Source: Flavobacterium sp. (GTDB taxonomy: Bacteria; Bacteroidota; Bacteroidia; Flavobacteriales; Flavobacteriaceae). Taken from it: 64,000 nt of DNA. The stretch covers positions 1,477-65,476 of the forward strand of contig NZ_DATIDM010000161.1 in assembly GCF_035456225.1 (NCBI RefSeq). The letters run 5' to 3'. Within the stretch, counting starts at the first letter, position 1. Each line of letters opens with the position of its first letter. Position numbers and translations under genes: made by a program. Below, piece by piece: positions 1 through 9,478 of this stretch. A model generated the notes under the pieces. That model saw only the letters and a list, made by a program, of their open reading frames with translations, was not told the origin of the DNA and did no database searches.

Positions 1-951
1 TCCACCGATTAGAGAAAATAATCTTCCTCTTCTAGGATCTACCGGGCTAACATTTAACTGATTTGCAATATATGCAGAAGCTCTTCTGAAACGGAAAGCA
101 GTTCTTTCAGCTCTGGTTGGATCATTTACTTCTTTTAAGTCATACATTAAAGTATAAAAAGGATTTTGTCTGCTGTCACTTCCGTTAGAATAACCAGGGT
201 TGATAGTAACGTCCTGATCAACAAAAGCAGCACCAGCTAATTCAGCGAACTCACCAGCAAGATATGTTTGAGTATCAGCATCTGTTAATTCTGATTGTCT
301 CAACAAAATTCTAAGTTTCAATGTGTTGGCAAATTTTTTCCATGCTAACATATTTCCACCTAAAATAACGTCTTCAGCTCCAACCGCTTTAGTAGTAGAA
401 GTCGGGTGATCAATCATATTAACAGCGTTCTCTAACTGAACTACTAAATCTCTATAGATTTCTTTATCATCATCATAAGCTGGTGATAAATTAGCTAAAC
501 CTAAATGCGCTTGGCTGTAAGGAACATCTCCGTATAAATCAACCATGTACTGCATGTAGAATGCTTTACAAATCATAGCGATTGCTTTATGATTCTCATA
601 GTTCGCAGCAGGGTGGTTGATAATTCTCGAAAATTCACCAGTACCTCTGTAAACACCATCCCAGATATCATCATAGAAGTTGTTACTTAAAGTGATACCG
701 AATTCTTCAGCATAACCTCCTGTAAAAGAGTTTACGTTAGCTCCCCAGTTATTCATGAATACGTTACCATATTCATTCATACGCTGTGTCAAAGTTCTGT
801 AAGAATCTGATTGAGCCGCAGCAAGTGATAAGTTAGGGGTAACCAAGTTAGCATCAGGATTATCAGATGAATTATTCACATCTAGATAATCACTACATGA
901 AAATAGCATGAAACCTGCTATTAACGGTAATATAAATTTAATTCTCTTCAT
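1..951 (-). CDS. RagB/SusD-family outer-membrane nutrient-binding lipoprotein (C-terminal part beyond window edge)
   Basis: Truncated, so not in the ORF track. Manual minus-strand translation from ATG (complement 949-951) gives MKRIKFILPLIAGFMLFSCSDYLDVNNSSDNPD..., a lipoprotein signal plus Cys and a SusD-like N-terminus. The frame is open to position 1 and starts 10 nt after the SusC-like stop. Confidence 0.85.
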   Translation of the reverse strand, partial: MKRIKFILPLIAGFMLFSCSDYLDVNNSSDNPDANLVTPNLSLAAAQSDSYRTLTQRMNEYGNVFMNNWGANVNSFTGGYAEEFGITLSNNFYDDIWDGVYRGTGEFSRIINHPAANYENHKAIAMICKAFYMQYMVDLYGDVPYSQAHLGLANLSPAYDDDKEIYRDLVVQLENAVNMIDHPTSTTKAVGAEDVILGGNMLAWKKFANTLKLRILLRQSELTDADTQTYLAGEFAELAGAAFVDQDVTINPGYSNGSDSRQNPFYTLMYDLKEVNDPTRAERTAFRFRRASAYIANQLNVSPVDPRRGRLFSLIGG

Positions 952-961
952 TTCTTTTCAA

Positions 962-3900
962 TTAAAAAGTTAGATTAACATTGAAACCGAAAGTTCTAGT
1001 AGTAGGATATTGTCCTGTAGCAGCTAAACCTTGATCGTTTCCAGATGATCTTGATTGCTCTGGATCATGGTAATTTCTGTTTTCTTTCGGTAAAACCATG
1101 AATGGGTTTCTTGCATTAACTCCAAAACGTAAAGAAGTTAAACCAGCTCTATCAATCATTTTTGAAGGTAAAGAGTAGCTTAATGATAACTCTCTAACTT
1201 TAAATGCAGTAGCATCTAACACCATATTTTCTTGAACAGCTCTATACTCGTTAGAGAAATAGTTCAAGTAAGAAGTGTATGTATTACCTCCGGTTACAAC
1301 AGTTGTATTAGCCTCATAAACACCATCTCCATCAGTATCAACAGAAGAGTTAGGGAAAATGAATCCTGAACGACCATTCTCAGCAGATTCTACTAAATGA
1401 CCTGACCAAGATAACCAGTCTTTGTTTCCAGCCCAGAATTGGTGACCAGTTCTGTAATCCATTACAGCAGCTAAACGAATTCCTTTGAATTCAACCGCAG
1501 TATTATAGTTGATGATATAATCAGGAGTAGCTTTACCTAATTTCACGTACTCAGTTGTACGAACTGGGTTACCTGAACTAGGATCGATAATTACTCTACC
1601 TTGATCATCTCTTTGGTATGCAATACCTTTAATTAATGGGAATTCTTCACCTTCTTCTGCAAAGATACCTACACCAGTTCCAGAGAAGTTAACCAACGCA
1701 ACAGATTTAGCATCCGGTGCTGCTTTATCTACGACAGATTTAGAGTGAGAATAACCTACTCTATTCTCCCAGATAAGGTCTTTTGTTTTAACAGGAATGA
1801 AACCTAACTCTAATTCATAACCTTTAGTTGTCATTTCCCCTACGTTACCTTTAACATTAGTAAAACCTGTAGCACGAGAAACACTTCTGTTTGTAATCAA
1901 GTCAGTAGTATTAGTTTGGTAGTAAGCTCCATCAAAGGTTAATCTATCATCAAAGAAACCTAAAGTCAAACCTCCTTCTAAAGTCTCCATAAACTCAGGC
2001 TTAATTTTCAAATCAGCTGGAGCTCTGTCGTATGTGAATGAGTTCAAGCTTCCGAACGGATAACCTACCGCATATGGTGAAGCTGCGTCAGAAACATAAA
2101 GATCATTAACCTCATTAACAAGAATATTAGAAGAGTTACCTACTTTCACCCATGAACCGTACAATTTAGCATAATTCAACACTTTGTTGTTTTTCAAACC
2201 ATCGAATGCTTTTGTAGGAATGAACGATACCCCAACTGAAGGATAGAAATAATTATCTGTTTCAGTTCCGTGTAAAGCCGAGTTCCAGTCATTTCTTCCA
2301 GTTAAGTTTAAGTTCAGGAATTCTCTGTAACTTAAATCGACGTTTCCAAAGAAACCGAATCTTCTTTGTCTGTTATATCCGTTTTCTCTTCTAACCTCAC
2401 CTGTAACGTTTGAAATGTTATACAAACCAGGAATAGTTAAGTTATCACCACCTACACTAGTATACTGATTGTAAGTATCTTGTAAGTTGTTACCAAGGTT
2501 AGCTTTTAAATTAAGATCTTTAGTCAAATCATAATCAAAGTTAATCAAGAAGTCATGGTAGTATTTTCTTGAGTTTCTATTTTCTGAATCAAAAGAAGAA
2601 GTTACGTTGTGATCTCCACCACCAACTTGAATCAAGTCTACCCACGCATTAGTATGGCTTCTTGCATTCTGTTGCGTAACCTGGATACTTGGAGTAAATG
2701 TAAAGCTAATGTTTTTATTCAACTCGTAGTTCAATGTAGCGATACCACTGATATAGTCAAATCTGTTATCATTACGTACATTATCTCTTAACCAGTAAGG
2801 GTTGTTGTAGTAAGAAGTCCAGTGACCATCCTGACCTGAGTTCGCAAAACGCTCAACAGGAATATTGGTAGCCGTTTGTAATAAGTCCGTAAACAAATTA
2901 GGGGACGTTTGAGAAGTTTTAGAAGTAATATAGTTTACGTTCCCTTCAACTGTCCATTTTCCTAATCTCTTACCTCCTTTAAAAATGAAAGAGTTTCTGT
3001 TTAACTCATCACCATCAACAACGAATTCAGTATTCTGTCTGTTAGCAGAAAGTGCAACATATCCATTGTCAAGATCTCCACCACTGATTGCAAAACCTGT
3101 TTGAAGAATTGTTCCAGTTCCGAAGAATTTTTTAATATTGTCTTTGATTGGGCTATATGGCGACATGATATAAGAACCATCTGCTTGAGCCAAACCTACC
3201 GGTCTAACTACACCATCCATTTCAGCACCCCAACCACCATTTTCGTAAGAAACGTGTTCTCCATTCCAACCTTGTCCGTAACGCTCCTGTCTTTGAGGAA
3301 TGAAATACACCTCTTCAAAGTCAATAGCCGAGTTAACAGCAACGCTCAACTTACCGCTTTTCGCTCCTCTTTTAGTAGTAACAACGATTACACCATTCAC
3401 ACCCATGTCTCCGTAAAGAGCAGCACCTTGAGCACCTTTCAAAATGTTAGTAGACTCAATCATCTCTGGAGCCATAGCCTGTAGGATACTAGCCGTAGAA
3501 ACAACATTATCAATAACAACTAAAGCCTGGTTGTTACCAGAAATTGAACGGTTACCACGTAATACGATACGTGTTGTAGCATTTACACCATTATTTGTAG
3601 TGTTAATTTGCAAACCTGTTACTTTACCTGCTAATGACTGAACAACGTTCGGGTTAGCAGCCTGCGTTAATTCTTTTGCTTTTACCACTTGGTTAGAAGA
3701 CGTGATCTGATCTTGTCTTTTCTTAATACCAACAGCGGTAACAACAACATTCTCCAATGTTGTAGACTCTGCAGCCATACCAACATCCATTTTGTTTGAC
3801 GCTCCAACAGTTTGGCTTGAATCTTTCATTCCAATAAATGAAAACACCAAAACCTCACCTGTTTTTGCCTTGATGGTATAATTACCATCCATGTCAGTTT

Positions 3901-4057
3901 GTGTTCCACGTGTTGTTCCTTTAACAACAACGCTTACACCTGGTAACGGTAAACCACCCTCGGTTACTGTACCAGTAATAGTTTTCTCCTGTGCGAAGGA
4001 AAACTGCATTGAAAACGCCAGCAATAGCGCAAAAATCCATTTAAACTTCGATCTCAT
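962..4057 (-). CDS. SusC/RagA-family TonB-dependent outer-membrane receptor
   Basis: 1031 aa with a signal peptide. Carboxypeptidase-regulatory-like N-domain (TITGTVTEGGLPLPGVSVVVKGTTRGTQTDMDGNYTI), plug region, long beta-barrel ending ...NVNLTF. Classic susC-susD gene order. Confidence 0.9.
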   Translation of the reverse strand: MRSKFKWIFALLLAFSMQFSFAQEKTITGTVTEGGLPLPGVSVVVKGTTRGTQTDMDGNYTIKAKTGEVLVFSFIGMKDSSQTVGASNKMDVGMAAESTTLENVVVTAVGIKKRQDQITSSNQVVKAKELTQAANPNVVQSLAGKVTGLQINTTNNGVNATTRIVLRGNRSISGNNQALVVIDNVVSTASILQAMAPEMIESTNILKGAQGAALYGDMGVNGVIVVTTKRGAKSGKLSVAVNSAIDFEEVYFIPQRQERYGQGWNGEHVSYENGGWGAEMDGVVRPVGLAQADGSYIMSPYSPIKDNIKKFFGTGTILQTGFAISGGDLDNGYVALSANRQNTEFVVDGDELNRNSFIFKGGKRLGKWTVEGNVNYITSKTSQTSPNLFTDLLQTATNIPVERFANSGQDGHWTSYYNNPYWLRDNVRNDNRFDYISGIATLNYELNKNISFTFTPSIQVTQQNARSHTNAWVDLIQVGGGDHNVTSSFDSENRNSRKYYHDFLINFDYDLTKDLNLKANLGNNLQDTYNQYTSVGGDNLTIPGLYNISNVTGEVRRENGYNRQRRFGFFGNVDLSYREFLNLNLTGRNDWNSALHGTETDNYFYPSVGVSFIPTKAFDGLKNNKVLNYAKLYGSWVKVGNSSNILVNEVNDLYVSDAASPYAVGYPFGSLNSFTYDRAPADLKIKPEFMETLEGGLTLGFFDDRLTFDGAYYQTNTTDLITNRSVSRATGFTNVKGNVGEMTTKGYELELGFIPVKTKDLIWENRVGYSHSKSVVDKAAPDAKSVALVNFSGTGVGIFAEEGEEFPLIKGIAYQRDDQGRVIIDPSSGNPVRTTEYVKLGKATPDYIINYNTAVEFKGIRLAAVMDYRTGHQFWAGNKDWLSWSGHLVESAENGRSGFIFPNSSVDTDGDGVYEANTTVVTGGNTYTSYLNYFSNEYRAVQENMVLDATAFKVRELSLSYSLPSKMIDRAGLTSLRFGVNARNPFMVLPKENRNYHDPEQSRSSGNDQGLAATGQYPTTRTFGFNVNLTF

Positions 4058-4234
4058 ACTAAATTTATTTGAGTTAGTTATTTCGCAAACTTCTTAATAA
4101 TTTCTTAAATAACCAAATATTACTACAGAATTATACTATTTAACCAGTGTTAAATAATTTACTAAATAAAAATGAAATAAACAACAAACTCTTCATTAAA
4201 AGACAAACATCTTAATAATCAGACTCTATTTTTA

Positions 4235-4242
4235 TATTTTTG
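4235..4242 (+). promoter_or_regulatory. Bacteroidota -7 promoter box TAnnTTTG (TATTTTTG) upstream of rnhB
   Basis: Exact match to the TAnnTTTG consensus, 16 nt before ATG 4258. The TTG start at 4240 used by the ORF track lies inside this box. Confidence 0.45.
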
Positions 4243-4257
4243 CAAAAAACCAAGAAG

Positions 4258-4857
4258 ATGTTACTCAATAATTTTTCAGATTTTATTTTGGAAGCAGGAA
4301 CTGACGAGGCAGGAAGAGGCTGCTTGGCGGGACCGGTTACCGCAGCTGCGGTTATTCTTCCGCAAGAATTTACATCGGAACTGCTTAACGATTCCAAACA
4401 ACTTTCTGAAAAAGCAAGGGAAAAACTCAAACCCATCATTGAAAACGAAGCAATTGCTTTCCATGTTGTTCATCTCGAGCCAAAAATTATCGATAAAATC
4501 AACATCCTAAACGCTTCCATAAAAGCGATGCAGGAATGCATCATTAATTTAAACACAACTCCTGAATATATAATTGTTGACGGCAACCGTTTCAAACAAG
4601 TCAACGACATCCCCCACAGCTGTATTGTTAAAGGAGACAGTAAATATTTAAGTATTGCTGCCGCGTCAGTTTTAGCAAAGACTTACCGGGACGAATACAT
4701 GGACAGAATCCACGAAGAATTTCCGATGTACAATTGGAAAAAAAATAAAGGCTACCCAACTGCAGAGCACAGGGAAGCCATCCTTAAATACGGTGTAACC
4801 AAATACCACCGAATATCATTTCGTTTATTGCCGGAACAACTGAAACTAGAATTTTAA
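4258..4857 (+). CDS. rnhB: Ribonuclease HII
   Basis: The [19 protein letters not shown] catalytic motif and overall length are typical of RNase HII. Start moved to the first ATG (MLLNNFSD...). Confidence 0.9.
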   Translation: MLLNNFSDFILEAGTDEAGRGCLAGPVTAAAVILPQEFTSELLNDSKQLSEKAREKLKPIIENEAIAFHVVHLEPKIIDKINILNASIKAMQECIINLNTTPEYIIVDGNRFKQVNDIPHSCIVKGDSKYLSIAAASVLAKTYRDEYMDRIHEEFPMYNWKKNKGYPTAEHREAILKYGVTKYHRISFRLLPEQLKLEF

Positions 4858-4862
4858 AAAGT

Positions 4863-4913
4863 GAGAGACTCGAGACAAGAGACAAGAAACAAGAGACAAG
4901 AGACAAGAAAAAA
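4863..4913. repeat. Heptanucleotide tandem array (GAGACAA)n, about 6 units plus a degenerate lead-in
   Basis: gagagactc gagacaa gagacaa gaaacaa gagacaa gagacaa gaaaaaa, between convergent rnhB and lipB. Confidence 0.9.
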
Positions 4914-4965
4914 TTCTACCTATATATATAATCAAAAATCAGCCGTTGTTTTTTTTAGGTCACAA

Positions 4966-5667
4966 CTAAATCATTTCCGCTTCAAACAGGATTGCAAAAT
5001 GATTCACTATTTTTCGCTTCACCTCGTTTTCGTCAACCGACCTTCCAAGTTCCACATGCATTGAAGTTACCGCCTTACCTTTTATACCGCAAGGAATAAT
5101 ATTGTCGAAATAGCCCAGATCAGCATTTACATTCAGTGCAAAACCATGCATAGTCACCCAACGAGAAGCACGAACACCCATCGCACAAATTTTTCTGGCA
5201 AACGGTGTCCCAACTCCCAACCAAACTCCGGTTTCTCCTTCGCTTCTTTCCGACTGCAGACCATATTCAGCCAATGTCTGAATTATCGCCTCTTCCAACA
5301 AACGAAGGTATTTATGGATATCGGTAAAGAAATTCTCCAAATCCAAAATTGGATATCCTACAATTTGTCCGGGACCATGATAGGTAATATCACCACCTCT
5401 ATTAATTTTATAAAAAGTCGCCCCCTTTTCTTCAAGTTGTTTTTCATTCAGAAGTAAATTCGAAAAATCTCCGCTTTTACCTAATGTATACACATGGGGA
5501 TGCGCCACATATAAAAAATGATTCGGGGTTACCAGCTCAGACTCTTCTCTTTTGTTTTTTATTTTAATATCCAGAATTTCCTGAAACAAAGTTTCCTGAA
5601 AATCCCAAGTCTCCTTATAATCTTTAAAGCCTAAATCTTCAACCCGTACTTTCTTATTCTTAACCAT
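4966..5667 (-). CDS. lipB: Lipoyl(octanoyl) transferase
   Basis: 233 aa. RGGDITYHGPGQIVGYPILDL and KICAMGVR...MHGFALNV motifs are typical of LipB. Confidence 0.9.
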   Translation of the reverse strand: MVKNKKVRVEDLGFKDYKETWDFQETLFQEILDIKIKNKREESELVTPNHFLYVAHPHVYTLGKSGDFSNLLLNEKQLEEKGATFYKINRGGDITYHGPGQIVGYPILDLENFFTDIHKYLRLLEEAIIQTLAEYGLQSERSEGETGVWLGVGTPFARKICAMGVRASRWVTMHGFALNVNADLGYFDNIIPCGIKGKAVTSMHVELGRSVDENEVKRKIVNHFAILFEAEMI

Positions 5668-5669
5668 AA

Positions 5670-6473
5670 CTATTCTAATTCCACTTCAAAATCCAAATTC
5701 TTACTTTCCATGTATTCTTTCATCGGATAAGTGATCAATACCTTTTTCCCATCTTCACTGATTTTAGCATTGGGTATCGAAACTTTTTTTACCTTTTTTG
5801 GAAAGCCCACTTCCACAATATAATCTGACTCCTGATAAATCATTTCCATCGATTGCGCCATCTGACTTGACATTGCATCCGCCTCTTCCTTACCCATACC
5901 TTCCTTCTCAAGGCCTTTTGCATAATCCTTCTTGATTTCTTCTTTGGATTTTACCGTAACTTTTTTGCTAAACTTTTTTCCATCAAATCTATAATGCGTA
6001 ACCCCATCGTTTTTTGGCGTCATACCTTGTACTTGTTTATTTCCAATCGAATTAACATCAGACATGGCATTGACCGGAGAAATCATTTCCTGAAACTCGG
6101 TTATGTTTTTAAAATCGGCATACATATCAAAAAAACAGGTTCCGTCTTTTTCATTCATCACCATGTGACAGGTAAACTTTTCCATCTTTTTTATCTTCTC
6201 CTGCTGTTCTTTCGACAATTTGGCAATACTGTCTTTTTTTGCTTCATAGACGGAAGCCATTGTAAAAGTCGTATCAATATCTTTGGACTTTCCTTTCGTA
6301 ACCGAACCCATACCCCCCATTTCATTTCCAAGCACGGACATTACTTTGGACATATCAAATCGGTAATTTATTTTTCCAGAGTTATTTGCATTAAAATTGA
6401 CACTTTCCATGACTACACAACTGGTAAGTGAAAACGCAAAAACCAAAAGCAGCAACAGCGTCCCTTTTTTCAT
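5670..6473 (-). CDS. Hypothetical lipoprotein
   Basis: 267 aa. Signal peptide with lipobox (FSLTSC) and Lys/Glu-rich content; no recognisable catalytic motif. Confidence 0.6.
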   Translation of the reverse strand: MKKGTLLLLLVFAFSLTSCVVMESVNFNANNSGKINYRFDMSKVMSVLGNEMGGMGSVTKGKSKDIDTTFTMASVYEAKKDSIAKLSKEQQEKIKKMEKFTCHMVMNEKDGTCFFDMYADFKNITEFQEMISPVNAMSDVNSIGNKQVQGMTPKNDGVTHYRFDGKKFSKKVTVKSKEEIKKDYAKGLEKEGMGKEEADAMSSQMAQSMEMIYQESDYIVEVGFPKKVKKVSIPNAKISEDGKKVLITYPMKEYMESKNLDFEVELE

Positions 6474-6520
6474 TTTTCAAATTTCACCAAAAGTACAAAA
6501 TAGTTTCCTAAATAACCCTG

Positions 6521-6538
6521 TCCCGATAGCTATCGGGA
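6521..6538. repeat. Perfect 18-bp palindrome TCCCGATAGCTATCGGGA
   Basis: Self-complementary by direct reading. Lies in the divergent intergenic region between the 5670 lipoprotein gene and lysS. Confidence 0.9.
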
Positions 6539-6576
6539 AACAAAAAAGCCCAAGTCATTCGCTTCTTAAAAGCAAA

Positions 6577-6617
6577 CAGTCACGGTTACAGCCATAGTTG
6601 CAGCCGCAGTATTCAGG
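6577..6617. repeat. Degenerate CAGT/ACTG 6-7-nt tandem repeat array
   Basis: cagtcac ggttaca gccatag ttgcagc cgcagt attcagg. Same style as the arrays in the paa cluster spacers. Confidence 0.6.
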
Positions 6618-6672
6618 AAACAACACCTCTAAATCCGCTTCGCCATTAAAACTTTACAAATCAACCATTTAG

Positions 6673-6708
6673 TAACTTTGTAACTTTGCAACTTAAATAG
6701 TATCTTTG
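6673..6708 (+). promoter_or_regulatory. Three TAnnTTTG -7-type boxes upstream of lysS (TAACTTTG x2 in tandem, then TATCTTTG)
   Basis: Boxes at 6673-6680, 6681-6688 and 6701-6708. The last lies 24 nt before ATG 6732. Confidence 0.5.
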
Positions 6709-6731
6709 CACCCTTAAAATAAAGAAGAATT

Positions 6732-8435
6732 ATGCAACTTTCAGAACAAGAAATCATCAGAAGAGAGAAATTGGGCAAGTTGAGAGAACTTGGCATCAAT
6801 CCGTATCCAGCAAATTTGTTTCCCGTAAACCATACATCGAAGCAGATAAAGGACGCTTTTGAAGAGGGCAAGAAGGTTGTTGTAGCCGGACGTTTAATGA
6901 GTGTTCGCGACCAGGGGAAAGCCTCGTTTGCAGAACTTCAGGACAGCGAAGGCCGAATTCAGGCCTATTTTAACCGCGATGTGATTTGCGAAGGCGATGA
7001 CAAAACGCTTTACAATACTGTCTTTAAAAAACTGACCGATTTAGGTGACTTTATCGGAATTGAAGGTGAATTATTCACCACACAAGTAGGAGCAAAATGT
7101 ATCCGCGTTTCTAATTTCACCTTCTTAAGCAAAACACTGCGTCCGTTGCCTTTACCGAAAATGGACGAAGAAGGGAATGTATTCGACGCATTTACCGATC
7201 CGGAATTACGTTACCGCATGCGTTATGTGGATTTAGTGGTTAACCCACAGGTAAAAGAAGTATTCATGAAGCGAACAAAACTGTTCACAGCAATGCGTAC
7301 ATTCTTCAACGGAGCCGGTTATATGGAAGTGGAAACTCCAGTATTACAATCGATTCCAGGCGGAGCATCAGCAAGACCATTTATCACACACCATAATTCA
7401 TTGGATATTCCATTGTATATGAGAATTGCCAACGAATTATACTTAAAGAGATTAATCGTGGGTGGTTTTGAAGGCGTGTATGAGTTTTCGAAAAACTTCC
7501 GTAACGAAGGAATGGACAGGACTCACAATCCGGAATTTACCGCGATGGAAATCTATGTAGCTTACAAAGACTACAACTGGATGATGGAATTCACCGAAAA
7601 CCTTTTGGAATACTGTGCATTACATGTGAACGGAACAACTGAAGCTACTTTTGGCGAACACAAAGTAAGTTTCAAAGCGCCTTACGCGAGAGTTACCATG
7701 ACTGATGCCATCAAACAATTTACAGGGTTTGACATTTCCGGAAAATCGGAAGCGGAATTATTTGATGCTGCCAAAGGAATGGGAATCGAAGTGGATGAAA
7801 CCATGGGTAAAGGGAAACTGATTGATGAGATTTTCGGAGCTAAATGTGAAGGGAATTTTATTCAGCCGACTTTCATCACGGATTATCCGAAAGAAATGTC
7901 GCCATTATGTAAATCACACCGTGACAATCCGGAATTAACAGAGCGTTTCGAATTGATGGTATGCGGAAAAGAAATCGCAAATGCATATTCAGAATTAAAC
8001 GACCCGATTGACCAAAGAGAACGTTTCGAAGCCCAATTGGCGTTATCTGAAAGAGGTGATGACGAGGCCGGGCAATTTATTGACGAAGATTTCTTAAGAG
8101 CCCTTGAGTACGGAATGCCACCTACATCAGGTTTAGGAATCGGGATGGACCGTTTGATCATGTTCCTGACCAACAACGCTTCAATACAGGAAGTATTGTT
8201 CTTCCCGCAAATGCGTCCGGAGAAAAAAGTAATCCAGATTGAGTTGGAAGCTGAAGAAAAACTGATTGTGGAATTGCTTCAAACGCACCAAAACACCATG
8301 GAATTGTCCGAACTAAGGATTAAAGCATCACTTAGCAGTAAGAAATGGGATAAAGCCATGAAAACGTTAGCACAACACGGATTAACTTCCGTAAGTGTAA
8401 ATGGAGACAGCAAAATTGTTGTCTTAAAAGAATAA
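6732..8435 (+). CDS. lysS: Lysine--tRNA ligase (class II) with ~70-aa C-terminal extension
   Basis: 567 aa. OB-fold N-domain and class II motifs (FRNEGMDRTHNPEFT, GLGIGMDRLIM). Extra C-terminal tail after FFPQMRPE. Confidence 0.95.
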   Translation: MQLSEQEIIRREKLGKLRELGINPYPANLFPVNHTSKQIKDAFEEGKKVVVAGRLMSVRDQGKASFAELQDSEGRIQAYFNRDVICEGDDKTLYNTVFKKLTDLGDFIGIEGELFTTQVGAKCIRVSNFTFLSKTLRPLPLPKMDEEGNVFDAFTDPELRYRMRYVDLVVNPQVKEVFMKRTKLFTAMRTFFNGAGYMEVETPVLQSIPGGASARPFITHHNSLDIPLYMRIANELYLKRLIVGGFEGVYEFSKNFRNEGMDRTHNPEFTAMEIYVAYKDYNWMMEFTENLLEYCALHVNGTTEATFGEHKVSFKAPYARVTMTDAIKQFTGFDISGKSEAELFDAAKGMGIEVDETMGKGKLIDEIFGAKCEGNFIQPTFITDYPKEMSPLCKSHRDNPELTERFELMVCGKEIANAYSELNDPIDQRERFEAQLALSERGDDEAGQFIDEDFLRALEYGMPPTSGLGIGMDRLIMFLTNNASIQEVLFFPQMRPEKKVIQIELEAEEKLIVELLQTHQNTMELSELRIKASLSSKKWDKAMKTLAQHGLTSVSVNGDSKIVVLKE

Positions 8436-8458
8436 CAGTATTTACAACATGAATATAT

Positions 8459-8487
8459 AAGGAGCTCATTTTGAGCTCCTTTTTTAT
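8459..8487 (+). terminator. Rho-independent terminator after lysS
   Basis: aaggagctc-atttt-gagctcctt hairpin followed by a T-run. Confidence 0.8.
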
Positions 8488-8550
8488 TTTCCGGTTAAAC
8501 CTTTTACACTTTAAATTGTCCAACAACTGTAACACTAAAAAACTTAAGAG

Positions 8551-8976
8551 ATGAAAAACGTATTTATTGCAGTTGTCCTGATGGTTTCATTGGCAACTTT
8601 TGCACAAGACAGAAAAATGCACCGGGAAGAATTCACAGCAGAACAAAAAGCAGAATTACAAGTTAAAAAAATGACACTGGAGCTAGATCTGAATGATAAG
8701 CAACAAAAAGACATGAAAAAGCTTTTAACCGAACAAAACAAAAAACGTGATGAAGCAAGAGCCAAACATAAGGAAATGAAAGAATCCGGCAAAAAGCCAA
8801 CCAACGACGAACTATTTGCCATGAAAAGCAAAATGCTGGATGAAAAAATAGCTTTCAAATCGGAAATGAAAAAAATACTTTCTGAAAAACAGATGGAAAA
8901 ATGGGAAGAATTAAAAGAAGACAGGTTGGAACAAATGCAGGAAAGAAAACAGGCGAGATATCACAAAAATCATTAA
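8551..8976 (+). CDS. Secreted Lys/Glu-rich protein, Spy/CpxP (LTxxQ)-like
   Basis: 141 aa. Signal peptide (ATFAQ), helical charged sequence with LxxxQ motifs (LNDKQQ, LSEKQM). Confidence 0.5.
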   Translation: MKNVFIAVVLMVSLATFAQDRKMHREEFTAEQKAELQVKKMTLELDLNDKQQKDMKKLLTEQNKKRDEARAKHKEMKESGKKPTNDELFAMKSKMLDEKIAFKSEMKKILSEKQMEKWEELKEDRLEQMQERKQARYHKNH

Positions 8977-9022
8977 ACAGATAATTATTTCACTTAAATT
9001 TTGGATTTCATACATTTTTATT

Positions 9023-9030
9023 TAGTTTTG
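9023..9030 (+). promoter_or_regulatory. TAnnTTTG -7 box (TAGTTTTG)
   Basis: Exact consensus match 31 nt upstream of ATG 9062. Confidence 0.4.
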
Positions 9031-9061
9031 GGAAATATAACTATTAACCTCAATAAAAATT

Positions 9062-9427
9062 ATGAAAAAATTAATTACCCTTTTCGTTTTGTTTTTGGCT
9101 TTTTCAATAAATGCTTCTGCTCAAGACAAACCTGTTGGACCCGAAGTCAGAGCCAAGAAAGATCTTGAGCAATTGATGCAAGTCGTTCAGCCTGATAACA
9201 ACATGCAAGTGGCTTTATTCAATTTGTTCATAAAAAAATACCAGGAATTAGACGCTCCTAACATGACACCGGCAAGAAGACTTGAAATCACCTCAATGAT
9301 GGATGCTAAATTAAGAGCTTCTTTAACTAACGACCAAATAATTGCTTTAGAAAAAAGCAACGATCTTTATTCACATTTGATTGCAAAAGTTCCTGCCGAA
9401 ACAACAACCGCTAAGAAGAAAAAATAA
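9062..9427 (+). CDS. Hypothetical secreted protein
   Basis: 121 aa. Signal peptide (INASAQ), helical, Lys tail; no recognisable family. Confidence 0.5.
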   Translation: MKKLITLFVLFLAFSINASAQDKPVGPEVRAKKDLEQLMQVVQPDNNMQVALFNLFIKKYQELDAPNMTPARRLEITSMMDAKLRASLTNDQIIALEKSNDLYSHLIAKVPAETTTAKKKK

Positions 9428-9444
9428 TTCTTGAACAAAAACAT

Positions 9445-9478
9445 AAAAAAACCACCATTAAAATGGTGGCTTTTTTTT
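9445..9478. terminator. Bidirectional terminator between convergent 9062 gene and hemL
   Basis: A-run, then ccaccat-taaa-atggtgg hairpin, then T-run. Confidence 0.8.

Noticed and set aside
4861-5064. 67-aa ORF beginning MRDSRQETRNKRQETRK
   Set aside because: It is a translation of the GAGACAA heptamer array followed by antisense of the lipB 3' end.
6397-6871. ORFs of 66 and 80 aa in the lysS upstream region
   Set aside because: They span the palindrome and repeat array and the promoter boxes, and overlap the starts of real genes. Composition is low-complexity.
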